A DNA stretch of 35,494 nt. It comes from a virus (Duplodnaviria; Caudoviricetes). The stretch covers positions 1 through 35,494 of the IMG/VR virus record IMGVR_UViG_3300046025_000057, one strand, 5' to 3'. The notes beneath the pieces are model-generated. The model saw only the letters and a program-made list of their open reading frames with translations. It was not told the origin of the DNA and searched no databases. The position numbers and the translations under genes are program-made. This document shows positions 26,323 to 35,482 of this stretch, one piece after another. The first letter of the stretch is position 1. Each line of letters opens with the position of its first letter.

Positions 26323-27492
26323 TTAGGCGTTGATGCCGGTGATCCGGGCGATGCCGTTGATGCCGTCGGGCTGCTGGCGGACGAACGGCGTCCGCGAGGA
26401 GAGCAGCCGCGCGTTCAGTGCCGCCCCACCATCAGACTGCCACGTCGTGTTGGTGACGCCTTGCGCGTTCACGATCTGGAAGTACCGCGGGTCGTTCAGC
26501 AGCAGGATGCAGCTGTCCGCGTCCAGCCGCGGAGCCGGAACGACGTTGAGGTAGGGGTACTTCCGCTCGATGCGCTCCGAGATCGGTTCGTCGGTCGCCG
26601 ACGTCTCGTAGTCCGAACGGTCGTACTCGCCCCACATCGCGCTCGGGACGAGCACCCAGCCGCCGACTTCGCTCACGAGCGGGACGTCGTCCTGATCGAC
26701 GACGTCCGTCTGGTCTTCGATGGTGTCGTGGAGCTCCTTGAAGTCCGCGAGGATGTTGTTCGGGTCCGAAATCCAGCCGTTCGACCCGCCCGATTGCAGA
26801 ATCTGGGGAATGTCCTGGTCGAGGCCCGACACGGAGACGAGGCCGCGCTCGGTCTGAACGTCGCCACCCCAGCCGCTCCACAGCATGTCGGTCTCCGACC
26901 GGTTCAGCGCCCGGCGCGCTTCCGTGCCGACGGAGTCGTCGAAGTCCTCGCCGAACGCCTGCGCGTTCTGGTACTCGCGCGCGTCGAGCTCGTACTCGAC
27001 GATGTGCAGCGGCATCGGCACACCGTCCAGTCCGAACCCAGGCATGTCTTGCTCGGACTGCGTCCGCATGTTCATCGACGTCTCGGCCTCGAGGCGCGTG
27101 TTGCTCATCGGGTTGAAGTACGCGTACCGACTGAGCGAACTGGGGACGCCGAAGCCAGCGCTGATCAACTGGTCGACGATGGTGGATTCGACGAACTGGC
27201 TTTCGAGGACTTGGTCCGTGATCTGCTCCCAGGAGTCGACGACGAGCGTCGAGTCCGCAGTCAGCTGCTGGAGCTTCTCCTGCTGGCTCTCGGGCTGCTT
27301 GACGCCGGTCGCTTCGTCCAGCTGGTCCCACATCTCGGGGTCGAACGGCGACTCCGCCCGGAGCTGGGCGAGCGCCTGCTTGCGGACGTCGGGGCGCGGG
27401 TTGAAGAGTGCCGCCTGCGCCGTCAGGGGGATGCGATTCTCGAACTCCTTGGGCCCCGCAGTCTCGGGGCTCGAAACCTGATTCGTACTCAT
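26323..27492 (-). CDS. Major capsid protein (HK97 fold, encapsulin/linocin-like)
   Basis: 389 aa; DGVPMPLHIVEYELDARE, ARRALNRSETDMLWSG; position. Confidence 0.82.
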   Translation of the reverse strand: MSTNQVSSPETAGPKEFENRIPLTAQAALFNPRPDVRKQALAQLRAESPFDPEMWDQLDEATGVKQPESQQEKLQQLTADSTLVVDSWEQITDQVLESQFVESTIVDQLISAGFGVPSSLSRYAYFNPMSNTRLEAETSMNMRTQSEQDMPGFGLDGVPMPLHIVEYELDAREYQNAQAFGEDFDDSVGTEARRALNRSETDMLWSGWGGDVQTERGLVSVSGLDQDIPQILQSGGSNGWISDPNNILADFKELHDTIEDQTDVVDQDDVPLVSEVGGWVLVPSAMWGEYDRSDYETSATDEPISERIERKYPYLNVVPAPRLDADSCILLLNDPRYFQIVNAQGVTNTTWQSDGGAALNARLLSSRTPFVRQQPDGINGIARITGINA

Positions 27493-27495
27493 GGG

Positions 27496-27987
27496 TCAGT
27501 AGAACTCCACGACGAGGAGGTTGTCCTCGCCACTCCGCGTGATCTCTTCGACGATACGGCCGACGAACACGGTCGGCGCGTTGGTCCCGTCAACCGTGCC
27601 GCCTTCATCGACGATCTTCCCGTTTTGGTCCCACGCCGCCTCGGCGTCGGTCGGGTCGGCCGAACAGTTCGCGCTCTTCCGGAGGCGCGCACGATCCCAG
27701 CGGTTGAAGCCGACCGTCTCGGCGTGATCGCCCGCGTTGTAGGTCTTGTCGAGCGGGGACGTTCCCGTGTCCGTGACGGTCATCCCGTCACGCGACGGGT
27801 TCCGCTGCTCGCGGGCGGCACGTTTCGTCCGGGAGTCCGCGCTGACCTGTCGAACGTGCCACTCCTCGTCCGCGTCCTTGTACATCTCGACGCCGGTCGC
27901 CGGGAGAATCCCGGAGTCGGCCTCGCCTTCGAGATAGCTGTTCTCGTTGTGGAACTGTGCGACGACGGACTGTTCGCTTGCGATCAT
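27496..27987 (-). CDS. Capsid decoration/cement-like protein
   Basis: Lies between scaffold and capsid genes; beta-rich. Confidence 0.6.
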   Translation of the reverse strand: MIASEQSVVAQFHNENSYLEGEADSGILPATGVEMYKDADEEWHVRQVSADSRTKRAAREQRNPSRDGMTVTDTGTSPLDKTYNAGDHAETVGFNRWDRARLRKSANCSADPTDAEAAWDQNGKIVDEGGTVDGTNAPTVFVGRIVEEITRSGEDNLLVVEFY

Positions 27988-27990
27988 GAT

Positions 27991-29526
27991 TTAGTCCTCC
28001 TTGACGCCAGTGCCGTACTCTTCGACGGCGTCGCTCTCACCGTCAGCGCCAGCGGTCAGCTGGCCCGTCTGGCCGCCGTGACCGGGAAGGCCTGCGGCAG
28101 TCGCACCGCGGACGCGCTTGAACTCGCGGTTGACGATCTTGTCGGCCGACGCGAGAAGATCCTCGCGGTCACCGTCGTCGTAGTCATCGCTCCGGGCGAT
28201 GATCTCATCGACCTTCTCGCTCTTCTCGGCCTGCGCGGTCGCCTGCTCGACCAGCTGGTCGGCGTCGTCCTCGGTGACGAAGCCCTGGTCGCGGAGGCCG
28301 TCGGCGAGTGCATCGACGGCTTCGTCGGGCGTCATCTCGCCGAGCGTCTTGCTGTCGCCTCCGGCGGCACTGCCGCCGCCGGAGCCGTTCTGTCCATCGT
28401 TCGGATTGTTGTCGGGGTCGTTGTCTCCCATAGTAGATGTCTGGTTGTCCACGCCGGATTCCGCCGGTTCGTTCCCTGCCGATGCCGTCGCCTCCTCCGT
28501 GTCGCCGTCCATCACGCCGTCCGGGGCGACACCGACGAACGCCGAATCGAGATAGTGGCCACCGTCGCTCGTCGGGATCGGCTCCGAAACCTCGCCGTCC
28601 GCGTGGTACCGCAGGAGTGCGAACAGCGTCTGGTCCTCGTCGAGCGCCTCGTCGAGCACGATCTCGACGTCGGTCTCGTGCTCACCAGCGTCGAACGGGG
28701 CGCTGGTGCCGAGCGCGGGTCCGAGCCCTTCGCCGACGTCGGGATACTCCTCGCCGGGGGCGTGGAGTGTCACGAGCCACGGTGCGTCCTCGAAGCCTGC
28801 GTCGTGCAGTTCGACGATTTTACCGTCGGTCGTCTGGTCGGGGAGGCGGACACCGCCCCGGAGGTCGTTCGAGTCGATGATTCCGACGCGTTCGGCCAGC
28901 TGCCGTACCTGCTCGCGGAGACCGCCATCGTCGTCGTCGGTGGCGGCGTCAGCGGTCAACTGGTCGCCGATTTCGCCCGACCGCGTGGCCGAGGCGAGTG
29001 CTTGATTCGGTCCCCACTCGACAGTGTTCGAGGGCGAGTCACCCTTTGAGACCACGCTCAGGTCGCGGAACTTGATGTTCGTCGCCTTGTAGGCCCCCGT
29101 CTCCGGGTCTTGCTCGCCGAGTTCAAACGTCGGGTGGACTGAGACCTCGTAGCTCTCGGCCTGCACGCCCTGTGCGATTTCTTCGTCGTGTGTGGTCGCT
29201 TCGTAGGCGACGCCCTCGACGCTGTCGAGGTAGCCCGCCTTCGGGACTTTTCCGACGGTCTCGTCGGTCGGCGGTGGGTACTGCGGTCGGCCAGCGTCGT
29301 CGCGTGGATGATCGACCGTGAGCGGTTCGTCTTGCTGAGTCTCGGCGGCGGCGCGCAGCTCCTCCTCGGTGAACAGGACGGGCGTCCCGTCGTCCATGTG
29401 GAGGATGTCACCCGCAGCGACGGCGACGCCGGAAAACCGCCACGGAGGGCCGTCATCCTCGTCGCCGTCGCTGGCGAGTAGTTGCGCGGTCCGCGCCGAG
29501 ACGCGGAGATCGTGTGTGTCTTGCAT
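27991..29526 (-). CDS. Prohead protease/scaffold fusion (DUF2213-like N-terminus)
   Basis: FSGVAV..G...EELRAAA...PLTVDHP...VG...EVS...DLSVV..G; helical acidic C-terminus; ATG 29526. Confidence 0.75.
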   Translation of the reverse strand: MQDTHDLRVSARTAQLLASDGDEDDGPPWRFSGVAVAAGDILHMDDGTPVLFTEEELRAAAETQQDEPLTVDHPRDDAGRPQYPPPTDETVGKVPKAGYLDSVEGVAYEATTHDEEIAQGVQAESYEVSVHPTFELGEQDPETGAYKATNIKFRDLSVVSKGDSPSNTVEWGPNQALASATRSGEIGDQLTADAATDDDDGGLREQVRQLAERVGIIDSNDLRGGVRLPDQTTDGKIVELHDAGFEDAPWLVTLHAPGEEYPDVGEGLGPALGTSAPFDAGEHETDVEIVLDEALDEDQTLFALLRYHADGEVSEPIPTSDGGHYLDSAFVGVAPDGVMDGDTEEATASAGNEPAESGVDNQTSTMGDNDPDNNPNDGQNGSGGGSAAGGDSKTLGEMTPDEAVDALADGLRDQGFVTEDDADQLVEQATAQAEKSEKVDEIIARSDDYDDGDREDLLASADKIVNREFKRVRGATAAGLPGHGGQTGQLTAGADGESDAVEEYGTGVKED

Positions 29527-29538
29527 AATCAGACTCCG

Positions 29539-29613
29539 GCCCAAGGGTCCTCGCCCCTCACACCGCCGAATCGGCGGTGTGGGTGTCGTATGGGGGTCAT
29601 TGGTCTCCTGGGC
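29539..29613 (-). promoter_or_regulatory. Structured intergenic element upstream of the protease gene
   Basis: 11-bp inverted repeat 29559-29581 nested in further complementary arms. Confidence 0.45.
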
Positions 29614-29619
29614 GCGGGG

Positions 29620-30549
29620 TTACGTCACCTGTCGAGCAACAGCCCGTGCGGGCGTCCGTCGGGCGCGGGCCGACGCGGTCGCCTCACTGCCGGTGTAGAT
29701 CGTCCAGCCGCACCGACAGTTGGGATGCACGGGTAGAATCGACCGCATCACATCTACGGCGTACGGCGCGTCCGCCGCGATGGCGATGCACTGACTGCAC
29801 GCGTCTGGCGCGAGGATCGGCTCGACTTTCTTGACGCCGAACTGCTCGTACCGTTCGGCGGTCCCCATGTGGTGGGCGTTCAAGAGTTCCGTCCGCGCCA
29901 TCGTCGTCGCGCGCGCCATCGCGCCGCGTGGGGTCCCGTCGTCGACCGTCCCGAGGACGTCGGTCAATCGGTCTGCGGCATCGCGTGGGGATTCGCCTTC
30001 GGCGAGCGCCGTGGAGAGCTCGCGGGAGATCTCGCGGCCGACCTCGTCGGTGATTCCCTTGAGTTCCGTGAAGTTGCGCGTGTACAGCCGCTGGAGCGTG
30101 TCCTTGTGGACGGGCTGGCGGAGGACCGTCGCGACGGTCGATTCGGATGGGTCGGCGAGCCCTGAGTCGCGTAGGTTAGCGTCGGCGTTGCGAATGCCGC
30201 GCTCGTACGCCTGCCGAACGTACCGATTCTCCCTCCGGCCGATGACTTCGAGGACCTCCTCGTTCTGTGCGTTGCGCAGCCACTCGAATAAGCCCTCGAT
30301 CTTTCCGTCGTCGCGCAGGAACTCGAAGTCCGGCGGTGGCGATACGTCTGCGGTCAGCTCTCCACCCAGTCCGAGGATGTCCTCTTCGCCGACGGATTTT
30401 CGGATAACCGTGTTGATTCGCGCGAAGCCGCCGCGGAGTCGCTGGGCGTACCGCCCCCGGACTGTCTTCGTCCGCGTTGGGTCCGTCGAGCTCGAGGCGG
30501 CGACCAACTCGTGTGGCCCGTGATCGTGCTGACCGCAGGCCGTGGTCAT
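29620..30549 (-). CDS. Head morphogenesis protein (SPP1 gp7/Mu F-like)
   Basis: RATTMARTE..NAH, CSQC, PVHPNCRC. Confidence 0.88.
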   Translation of the reverse strand: MTTACGQHDHGPHELVAASSSTDPTRTKTVRGRYAQRLRGGFARINTVIRKSVGEEDILGLGGELTADVSPPPDFEFLRDDGKIEGLFEWLRNAQNEEVLEVIGRRENRYVRQAYERGIRNADANLRDSGLADPSESTVATVLRQPVHKDTLQRLYTRNFTELKGITDEVGREISRELSTALAEGESPRDAADRLTDVLGTVDDGTPRGAMARATTMARTELLNAHHMGTAERYEQFGVKKVEPILAPDACSQCIAIAADAPYAVDVMRSILPVHPNCRCGWTIYTGSEATASARARRTPARAVARQVT

Positions 30550-32117
30550 CAGTCATCGCCCTCCGCGGGTTGCTGGCCCGTCTGTGTTGGCATCGACTCC
30601 TCCAGTGCGTCCATTTGCTGCTGGACGGCTGGGTCGTCTTCGTCAACAGTGCGCTCCTCAATCTCGTCGAGTTCGCTGGGGAGGCTGCCATCCTCAAGGA
30701 AAGCGCGCTGTTGCTCGCGAGTGAGGTAGTCGTCAGGATGGCCAGCCGTCCATTCGGTGAGGGTCTCGGCACGAGTTTTCTGGATCTCGGCTTCGTCCTT
30801 CGCGCTCATCTCGTGGAGCGGCGGCCACTCGACCGAGTACGCCGCCGCACTAGTCTGAGGCTCCGGCAGGATGTCGTACTTGATGAGCCGGTCGATGAAC
30901 TCCCGGACGATTGTCGGTGTGTTAAACTGTTCTCGGCGTTCCTGGACGTCCCCGTACCAGTCCTTGAGGTCTTGGGTCGTCGCGCGCTCGCCCGTCTCAT
31001 TCCCCTTCAGCACCGACTGCGGGATGCCGGTCTGGGCGGAGATCGCTTCGACGTTCGGGTCGATCACCGGCTGGGGATCGATGTTCTCGCCGCCGAGGCT
31101 CTTGACCTCGTCCGCGCCGTGGGTGCGGAGGACGTTCTCGAGGCCAGCCTGCCAGCGTGCAAGGTGTTCACGGAGCTCGTCCTCGCTGCCCTCGATGTCG
31201 AAGTCCTTGTCGATGTTGATGTTGATGCCCCACGCCGTCGCGCGGTAGGCGAGCTCGCCAGCGCTCCCGAGCGTCTTCTCGATGTCCACGAGGTTGTTGT
31301 AGACTGGCTGCTGGCGGGGAATCCCCCGGATTTCGTCGTCGAGAAGCTGGTCGGAGTGGATGTGGATCACGCGCGAATGATGGACCCACATCTCGTCGGG
31401 GCCCGCCTGTTCGGTGCCGAACTCCTCGTCGTTCTCGTCGCCGAGGTCGAGCTTGTACTTCACCGGCTTCCCCCAGCGGTCGCTCCCCGGGCCGCCGAGC
31501 ACGATATCTTCGACTGAGGCTTCCGAGTACGGCCGGAGGCCTTGCAGGCTCGACGGATTCTCGACCTCGGACGCGAATCCATCCGTCTTGCCGCCGTCGC
31601 CGACTGCATCTTGGTCGATGTCGTCGAACTGGAGGACGAGCACGCCGAACCGGCCGATTCCGGCGAGCATGTCTGCCCGAGTGGCATAGTGCCAGACCCG
31701 CTGCTCGCGCACGAGGGTTTCGAGGTCGGACTCGAACTGGGTCTGGCCGTCCGCGCTCTCGGCATCGTCGATGATTCGTGGCGGATCTCGCCACGCCGTC
31801 ATCGCGGGCAGGAACGTCACCGCGAAGGCGTACGGGTTGCGGAGCGCCATCGCGTAGAAGTCCGTTGCGGTCGGGTTGGGGTCCCAGTCGAAGACGTCGT
31901 AGTAGTCGGGGATGCCTTCGGCGTCGATGTTCGAGCCGAGTTGGTCGGCGAGCAGTTGACGCATCGCCTTGTTGACCTGCTCGGCGGCGACGAGTTCCAT
32001 GGTTTCGTCGTCAACGTCGGGGCGTTCCTCGCCCGTCGCCTCCTGTCGGTCAGCGTCGGTGTTGGTGTCGCCGTCGCCTTCGGACTGCGCCGTCTCGGAG
32101 TTCTGTTGGTCTGTCAT
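30549..32117 (-). CDS. Portal protein (DUF1073-like)
   Basis: Follows TerL; VHHSRVIH, ISAQTGIPQSVLKGNETGERATTQD; ATG 32117. Confidence 0.85.
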   Translation of the reverse strand: MTDQQNSETAQSEGDGDTNTDADRQEATGEERPDVDDETMELVAAEQVNKAMRQLLADQLGSNIDAEGIPDYYDVFDWDPNPTATDFYAMALRNPYAFAVTFLPAMTAWRDPPRIIDDAESADGQTQFESDLETLVREQRVWHYATRADMLAGIGRFGVLVLQFDDIDQDAVGDGGKTDGFASEVENPSSLQGLRPYSEASVEDIVLGGPGSDRWGKPVKYKLDLGDENDEEFGTEQAGPDEMWVHHSRVIHIHSDQLLDDEIRGIPRQQPVYNNLVDIEKTLGSAGELAYRATAWGININIDKDFDIEGSEDELREHLARWQAGLENVLRTHGADEVKSLGGENIDPQPVIDPNVEAISAQTGIPQSVLKGNETGERATTQDLKDWYGDVQERREQFNTPTIVREFIDRLIKYDILPEPQTSAAAYSVEWPPLHEMSAKDEAEIQKTRAETLTEWTAGHPDDYLTREQQRAFLEDGSLPSELDEIEERTVDEDDPAVQQQMDALEESMPTQTGQQPAEGDD

Positions 32118-32124
32118 GAAAAGA

Positions 32125-33645
32125 TCACCACGTACCGGAACCGCTCGGGCCGTCGTCCTCCTCGGGTTGGAGACCCTCCGCCGCGCAGATGGCCATAATC
32201 GCCGCGTCGAGGTGGTCGGGACTGTGGCCGAGTCGGTCCTTGACCTTCTCCTTCGGGTCGGCGACGTAGACCTCGTCCTCGCGGCTGGAGTAGTACGTTT
32301 CCTCAAGCGTGAGGACGCGCGCCGCGATCTGGAGCTCCTTCCGGAGTCGCGTATCAGTGAACGTGCCGCCGCGTTCGAGCCACTTCCCGAGTTCGCACAG
32401 GCCTTCCGTCCAGCGATTCTTGTAGTCGGACTCCTGGGCGGCGTTCTCGCCAGCCTTGAACCGATCTACCTCGGGATAGCGGGCGGCCGTGTCGTCGGCC
32501 TTCCCCGACCCCTCGCCGATTGCGTCCAAGGAGATCTGGGCAGTCGGCTCGTCGTCGAGGTTGTCCCAGATCTCCTGGAACTGGATGGTGTGGTCAGTCC
32601 CGGGCTCGGAGTACGCGACAACGAGCACGCCCTCGCGTTCGTCGATCTGGACGGTCCGGTCGCCCGACCGCGCGACGTCGATACCGGTTCCCCGGCGAGG
32701 ACCCGTTGGGTCGAAGTCTTCGCAGGGGACGTAGCCAGCGTTGACGGCGTCGAGTTCGATGGGGCGGTTCTTCGACGCGCCTGCTGGCGGCATGATTCCC
32801 GCGAACCGCCGATACCACAGCGTGTTGAGGTCCTTCCGGAACTCCTCGTGACCGGGGAGTGACATGGCGCGAGCTTTTTCGTAGCCCGGCCACGCCTCTC
32901 CGTTGTACGCCTCCCACTTCTTCTGGAGCTTGTGTAGGCCGGTGAGCCCGGGGACGCGGTCGCCGTCCCGCGCGCCGCGTTCGACTTGGACGTTATGGGA
33001 GTCGAATGTCGAGAACTGGAGTCGGGCTGGCTCGATGCCGATCTCACCCATGTTGGCGACCGCGTTCGTCTCGTCTTCCGGCGGGTTCGAGATGATGACC
33101 ATGCGGTCGTTCTGGTCGCTGATGAGCGAGTCCATCGAGTCCAGCGTGTCGAGATCGACGTCCTTCTTGTCGGCCTCGTCCACGATGACCAAGGTGTAGT
33201 CGTTGTGGACGCCCTCAAGTTCGCCCGGGTCTTCGGGAGAGACGATCTCGAACTGCCACGTCGGCTCGCCCGCGATGTCGATGTGGGGATTCGGACTCCA
33301 TTTCCACTCGCCGAACAGCGGGCTCGACTTGTGGAGGCCCTCGGCGTCCGCGCAGAACGTCCGCTTCAGCTTCCCGTACGTCCCCGAGGTCACGACGACC
33401 GAGCTCGGGTAGTGGCGCTTGTGGAACGCGAGCGCGAGCGCGACGATCCCGAACGTCTTTCCGAACCCGTTCCCGCCTTCGAGGTGCGTGTACTGATTCT
33501 CGGCGACGTGTTCGAGGATCTCGCGTTGCTCGGGCGAGAGGGTGATGTCGAACCAGTCCTCGGCCGCCTGCCAGTACTTCTCCGGCCCCGTGTAGTTCTC
33601 GGGGAGCCGACTCTCGACCGGGTCGGGGAGCTCTTGCGTACTCAT
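32125..33645 (-). CDS. terL: Terminase large subunit
   Basis: Walker A GGNGFGKT, Walker B VIVDEAD, GIDVARSGD, SPDHLDA; ATG 33645. Confidence 0.92.
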   Translation of the reverse strand: MSTQELPDPVESRLPENYTGPEKYWQAAEDWFDITLSPEQREILEHVAENQYTHLEGGNGFGKTFGIVALALAFHKRHYPSSVVVTSGTYGKLKRTFCADAEGLHKSSPLFGEWKWSPNPHIDIAGEPTWQFEIVSPEDPGELEGVHNDYTLVIVDEADKKDVDLDTLDSMDSLISDQNDRMVIISNPPEDETNAVANMGEIGIEPARLQFSTFDSHNVQVERGARDGDRVPGLTGLHKLQKKWEAYNGEAWPGYEKARAMSLPGHEEFRKDLNTLWYRRFAGIMPPAGASKNRPIELDAVNAGYVPCEDFDPTGPRRGTGIDVARSGDRTVQIDEREGVLVVAYSEPGTDHTIQFQEIWDNLDDEPTAQISLDAIGEGSGKADDTAARYPEVDRFKAGENAAQESDYKNRWTEGLCELGKWLERGGTFTDTRLRKELQIAARVLTLEETYYSSREDEVYVADPKEKVKDRLGHSPDHLDAAIMAICAAEGLQPEEDDGPSGSGTW

Positions 33646-34214
33646 GCGGTATCGTCCTCCTGCGCGGACGACTTCCACGCCTCCTCGAGTTCGACCGACC
33701 CCGAGACTTCGAGTTCGTCTGCTGGCGCGATGCCGAACTTATCGCAGATAGACTCGAACCGCCGGAGGAACCGCTCGTCACCGCTCCGTCGGAACTGAAT
33801 TAGGCAACTGGAGGCCGCCGACCGCGCGACCTCCTGGGCGTTCTCCGGCGAGTCCAGCATCTCCCGTGCATCGTCGAACGCCTCCTGCTCTTCGTCGGTC
33901 AGATGACTCGTCCAGTACTTCGAGAACGCCCCGTGCGTGAAATTCCCGTTGTCCTCGCCCTTCGGGGAGTCTCCACCATGGTTCGAGCACGGCACCCCGG
34001 GCTCGCCCGTCCGCTTCGGGTTCTTCGTCCCGTGACCCGCACTCAGTAGACAGAACGGGTAGTCATCACGCTGGCGACCGTGGTCGGGTTCTGTCGTCCG
34101 GTCGCTATTCGTCCGGGCGCAAATGTGATGATCCTTGTCCAGATCCGGATGGACGGGATAGCCATCCTCGTCGGTCGGCGCGTCCGAATGGATCGTCCAG
34201 TTGGAATCTGTCAT
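33642..34214 (-). CDS. terS: Terminase small subunit
   Basis: CSNHGGDSPKGEDNGNFTHG motif; directly upstream of terL. Confidence 0.72.
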   Translation of the reverse strand: MTDSNWTIHSDAPTDEDGYPVHPDLDKDHHICARTNSDRTTEPDHGRQRDDYPFCLLSAGHGTKNPKRTGEPGVPCSNHGGDSPKGEDNGNFTHGAFSKYWTSHLTDEEQEAFDDAREMLDSPENAQEVARSAASSCLIQFRRSGDERFLRRFESICDKFGIAPADELEVSGSVELEEAWKSSAQEDDTA

Positions 34215-34250
34215 GGGGTGTTCGTCGAGACCGCGGGTGTCATCGAGTGA

Positions 34251-34565
34251 CTACGCGCCCGGGGAGGTGTCGCCGACGCGTGGCGGACTGATGCCGTAGA
34301 CGCCCGAGGGTTCAGTCGCGGTGTCGGGGAGGCGGCGGTCGTGCTCGTCGCCGAGGTGGCAGGACGGGCACAGCGCGACGAGATTATCACGTGAGTGGTT
34401 AGTTTCGTCGCCGTCGAGGTGGTGGACGTGGAACGCAGTGACTTCGTCGCCGCCTGCACCGCAGCCCGGACAGCAATAGTGGTCGGCATCGTGGAGTTCC
34501 CAGAAAAGGTCGCGGGCCGGTTCGCGGACGTCGGTCGAGCCGCCGGGACCGGGTGGGCCAGTCAT
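34251..34565 (-). CDS. HNH endonuclease (packaging-associated)
   Basis: CPGC...HVHHLDGDETNHSRDNLVALCPSCH. Confidence 0.88.
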   Translation of the reverse strand: MTGPPGPGGSTDVREPARDLFWELHDADHYCCPGCGAGGDEVTAFHVHHLDGDETNHSRDNLVALCPSCHLGDEHDRRLPDTATEPSGVYGISPPRVGDTSPGA

Positions 34566-34768
34566 CCTTTGCGTGCGAGAATGTTCTCGGTGCAGCTCGG
34601 GCAGATGGTGATGGTGTCGCCGAGTTCGTAGCCGCGGTCTTGCATGCGGCCGCCGAAGTCCTCGCTGAGCCAGGTTGCTTTCCGGAACTGGCCGGCGAGC
34701 GCGGGGCGATCACCACCGCCTTCGCAGACGTCGTCGAGTTGGGCGTCGCAGGTGTAGTCGTAGCCCAT
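34562..34768 (-). CDS. Small zinc-finger protein
   Basis: CD...C and CPSC; ATGA coupling. Confidence 0.7.
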   Translation of the reverse strand: MGYDYTCDAQLDDVCEGGGDRPALAGQFRKATWLSEDFGGRMQDRGYELGDTITICPSCTENILARKG

Positions 34769-34771
34769 GGG

Positions 34772-35101
34772 TCACTCGTCTGTGTCCGCGGATTCTTGGC
34801 TGACCTCGACTATCGCCTGTGCCAGCGCTTGGTAGTCGGCGATCTCGACGCCGTTGTACGCGCCGAGGACGGCGAGCGCGAGCGGGACGATGACGGTGGG
34901 GTCGCCGCCGTGCTTGATGCCGAGGATGGTGATGGCGGTGAGGCCGATGTTGACGACGATCGACCGAATGATCTTCAGGCTTTTGAGCATCTTGAGGTCC
35001 CCGCCGGTCTGGTGGACGGTCTTCCAGTCATCAACGAGTGCGTCAACACAGTACCACGGACGGTCCGGAGAGACAGGTTTCGCGGCCATGGCATGCATCA
35101 C
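34772..35101 (-). CDS. Two-TM membrane protein (holin-like candidate)
   Basis: Two hydrophobic segments; upstream of the packaging genes. Confidence 0.6.
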   Translation of the reverse strand: MMHAMAAKPVSPDRPWYCVDALVDDWKTVHQTGGDLKMLKSLKIIRSIVVNIGLTAITILGIKHGGDPTVIVPLALAVLGAYNGVEIADYQALAQAIVEVSQESADTDE

Positions 35102-35358
35102 CCTCCAGACTCTCCTCCGTCGGTCGTGGTCTCACCGACCGCCTCGGTCGCGTCCTTGAATGCGTCGTCGCCGAACGCCCACCGGACCACGACGTAGAAC
35201 GCGAACGTGTTGACTCCCGCGACTGCCGCCTGCAGGGTGGCATCGCCCTCGAGGAAGACGAAGACTGAAAACGCGAACCACCCGAGGACGATCAGTCCCG
35301 CGAGGACGTCGTTGAGTCGTCGATGCCGTCGTTCTGGATTAGTCGTGTCTGTAGCCAT
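35098..35358 (-). CDS. Two-TM membrane protein (holin-like candidate)
   Basis: Basic N-terminus, two TM helices, acidic tail. Confidence 0.6.
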   Translation of the reverse strand: MATDTTNPERRHRRLNDVLAGLIVLGWFAFSVFVFLEGDATLQAAVAGVNTFAFYVVVRWAFGDDAFKDATEAVGETTTDGGESGG

Positions 35359-35359
35359 G

Positions 35360-35482
35360 TTAGAATCGTTTCAACTCCTGCCAACCCTCCGTAGTCCGGA
35401 TGCCGACGACAGTCTCGTCACCGTCATCCCGGGACTGGAGCGGTGCGCCGAGCGCGAGCTCGATCGGCGGCTGGCTGGACAT
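35360..35482 (-). CDS. Small ORF, possibly truncated by the window edge
   Basis: MSSQPPIELALGAPLQSRDDGDETVVGIRTTEGWQELKRF; frame stays open to the window end. Confidence 0.45.
   Translation of the reverse strand: MSSQPPIELALGAPLQSRDDGDETVVGIRTTEGWQELKRF

Noticed and set aside
25942-29049. 1035-aa plus-strand ORF and other long antisense ORFs (10175-11839, 19987-21546, 13410-14531)
   Set aside because: Shadow frames of GC-rich genes that have clear motifs on the opposite strand
30549-32117. Anti-CBASS Acb1 call that DUF1073 proteins often receive
   Set aside because: Size and position after terL indicate a portal; no phosphodiesterase HxT/S motif pair identified
34211-34489. 92-aa minus-strand ORF
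   Set aside because: Alternative frame of the HNH gene with low-complexity Thr/Ser composition
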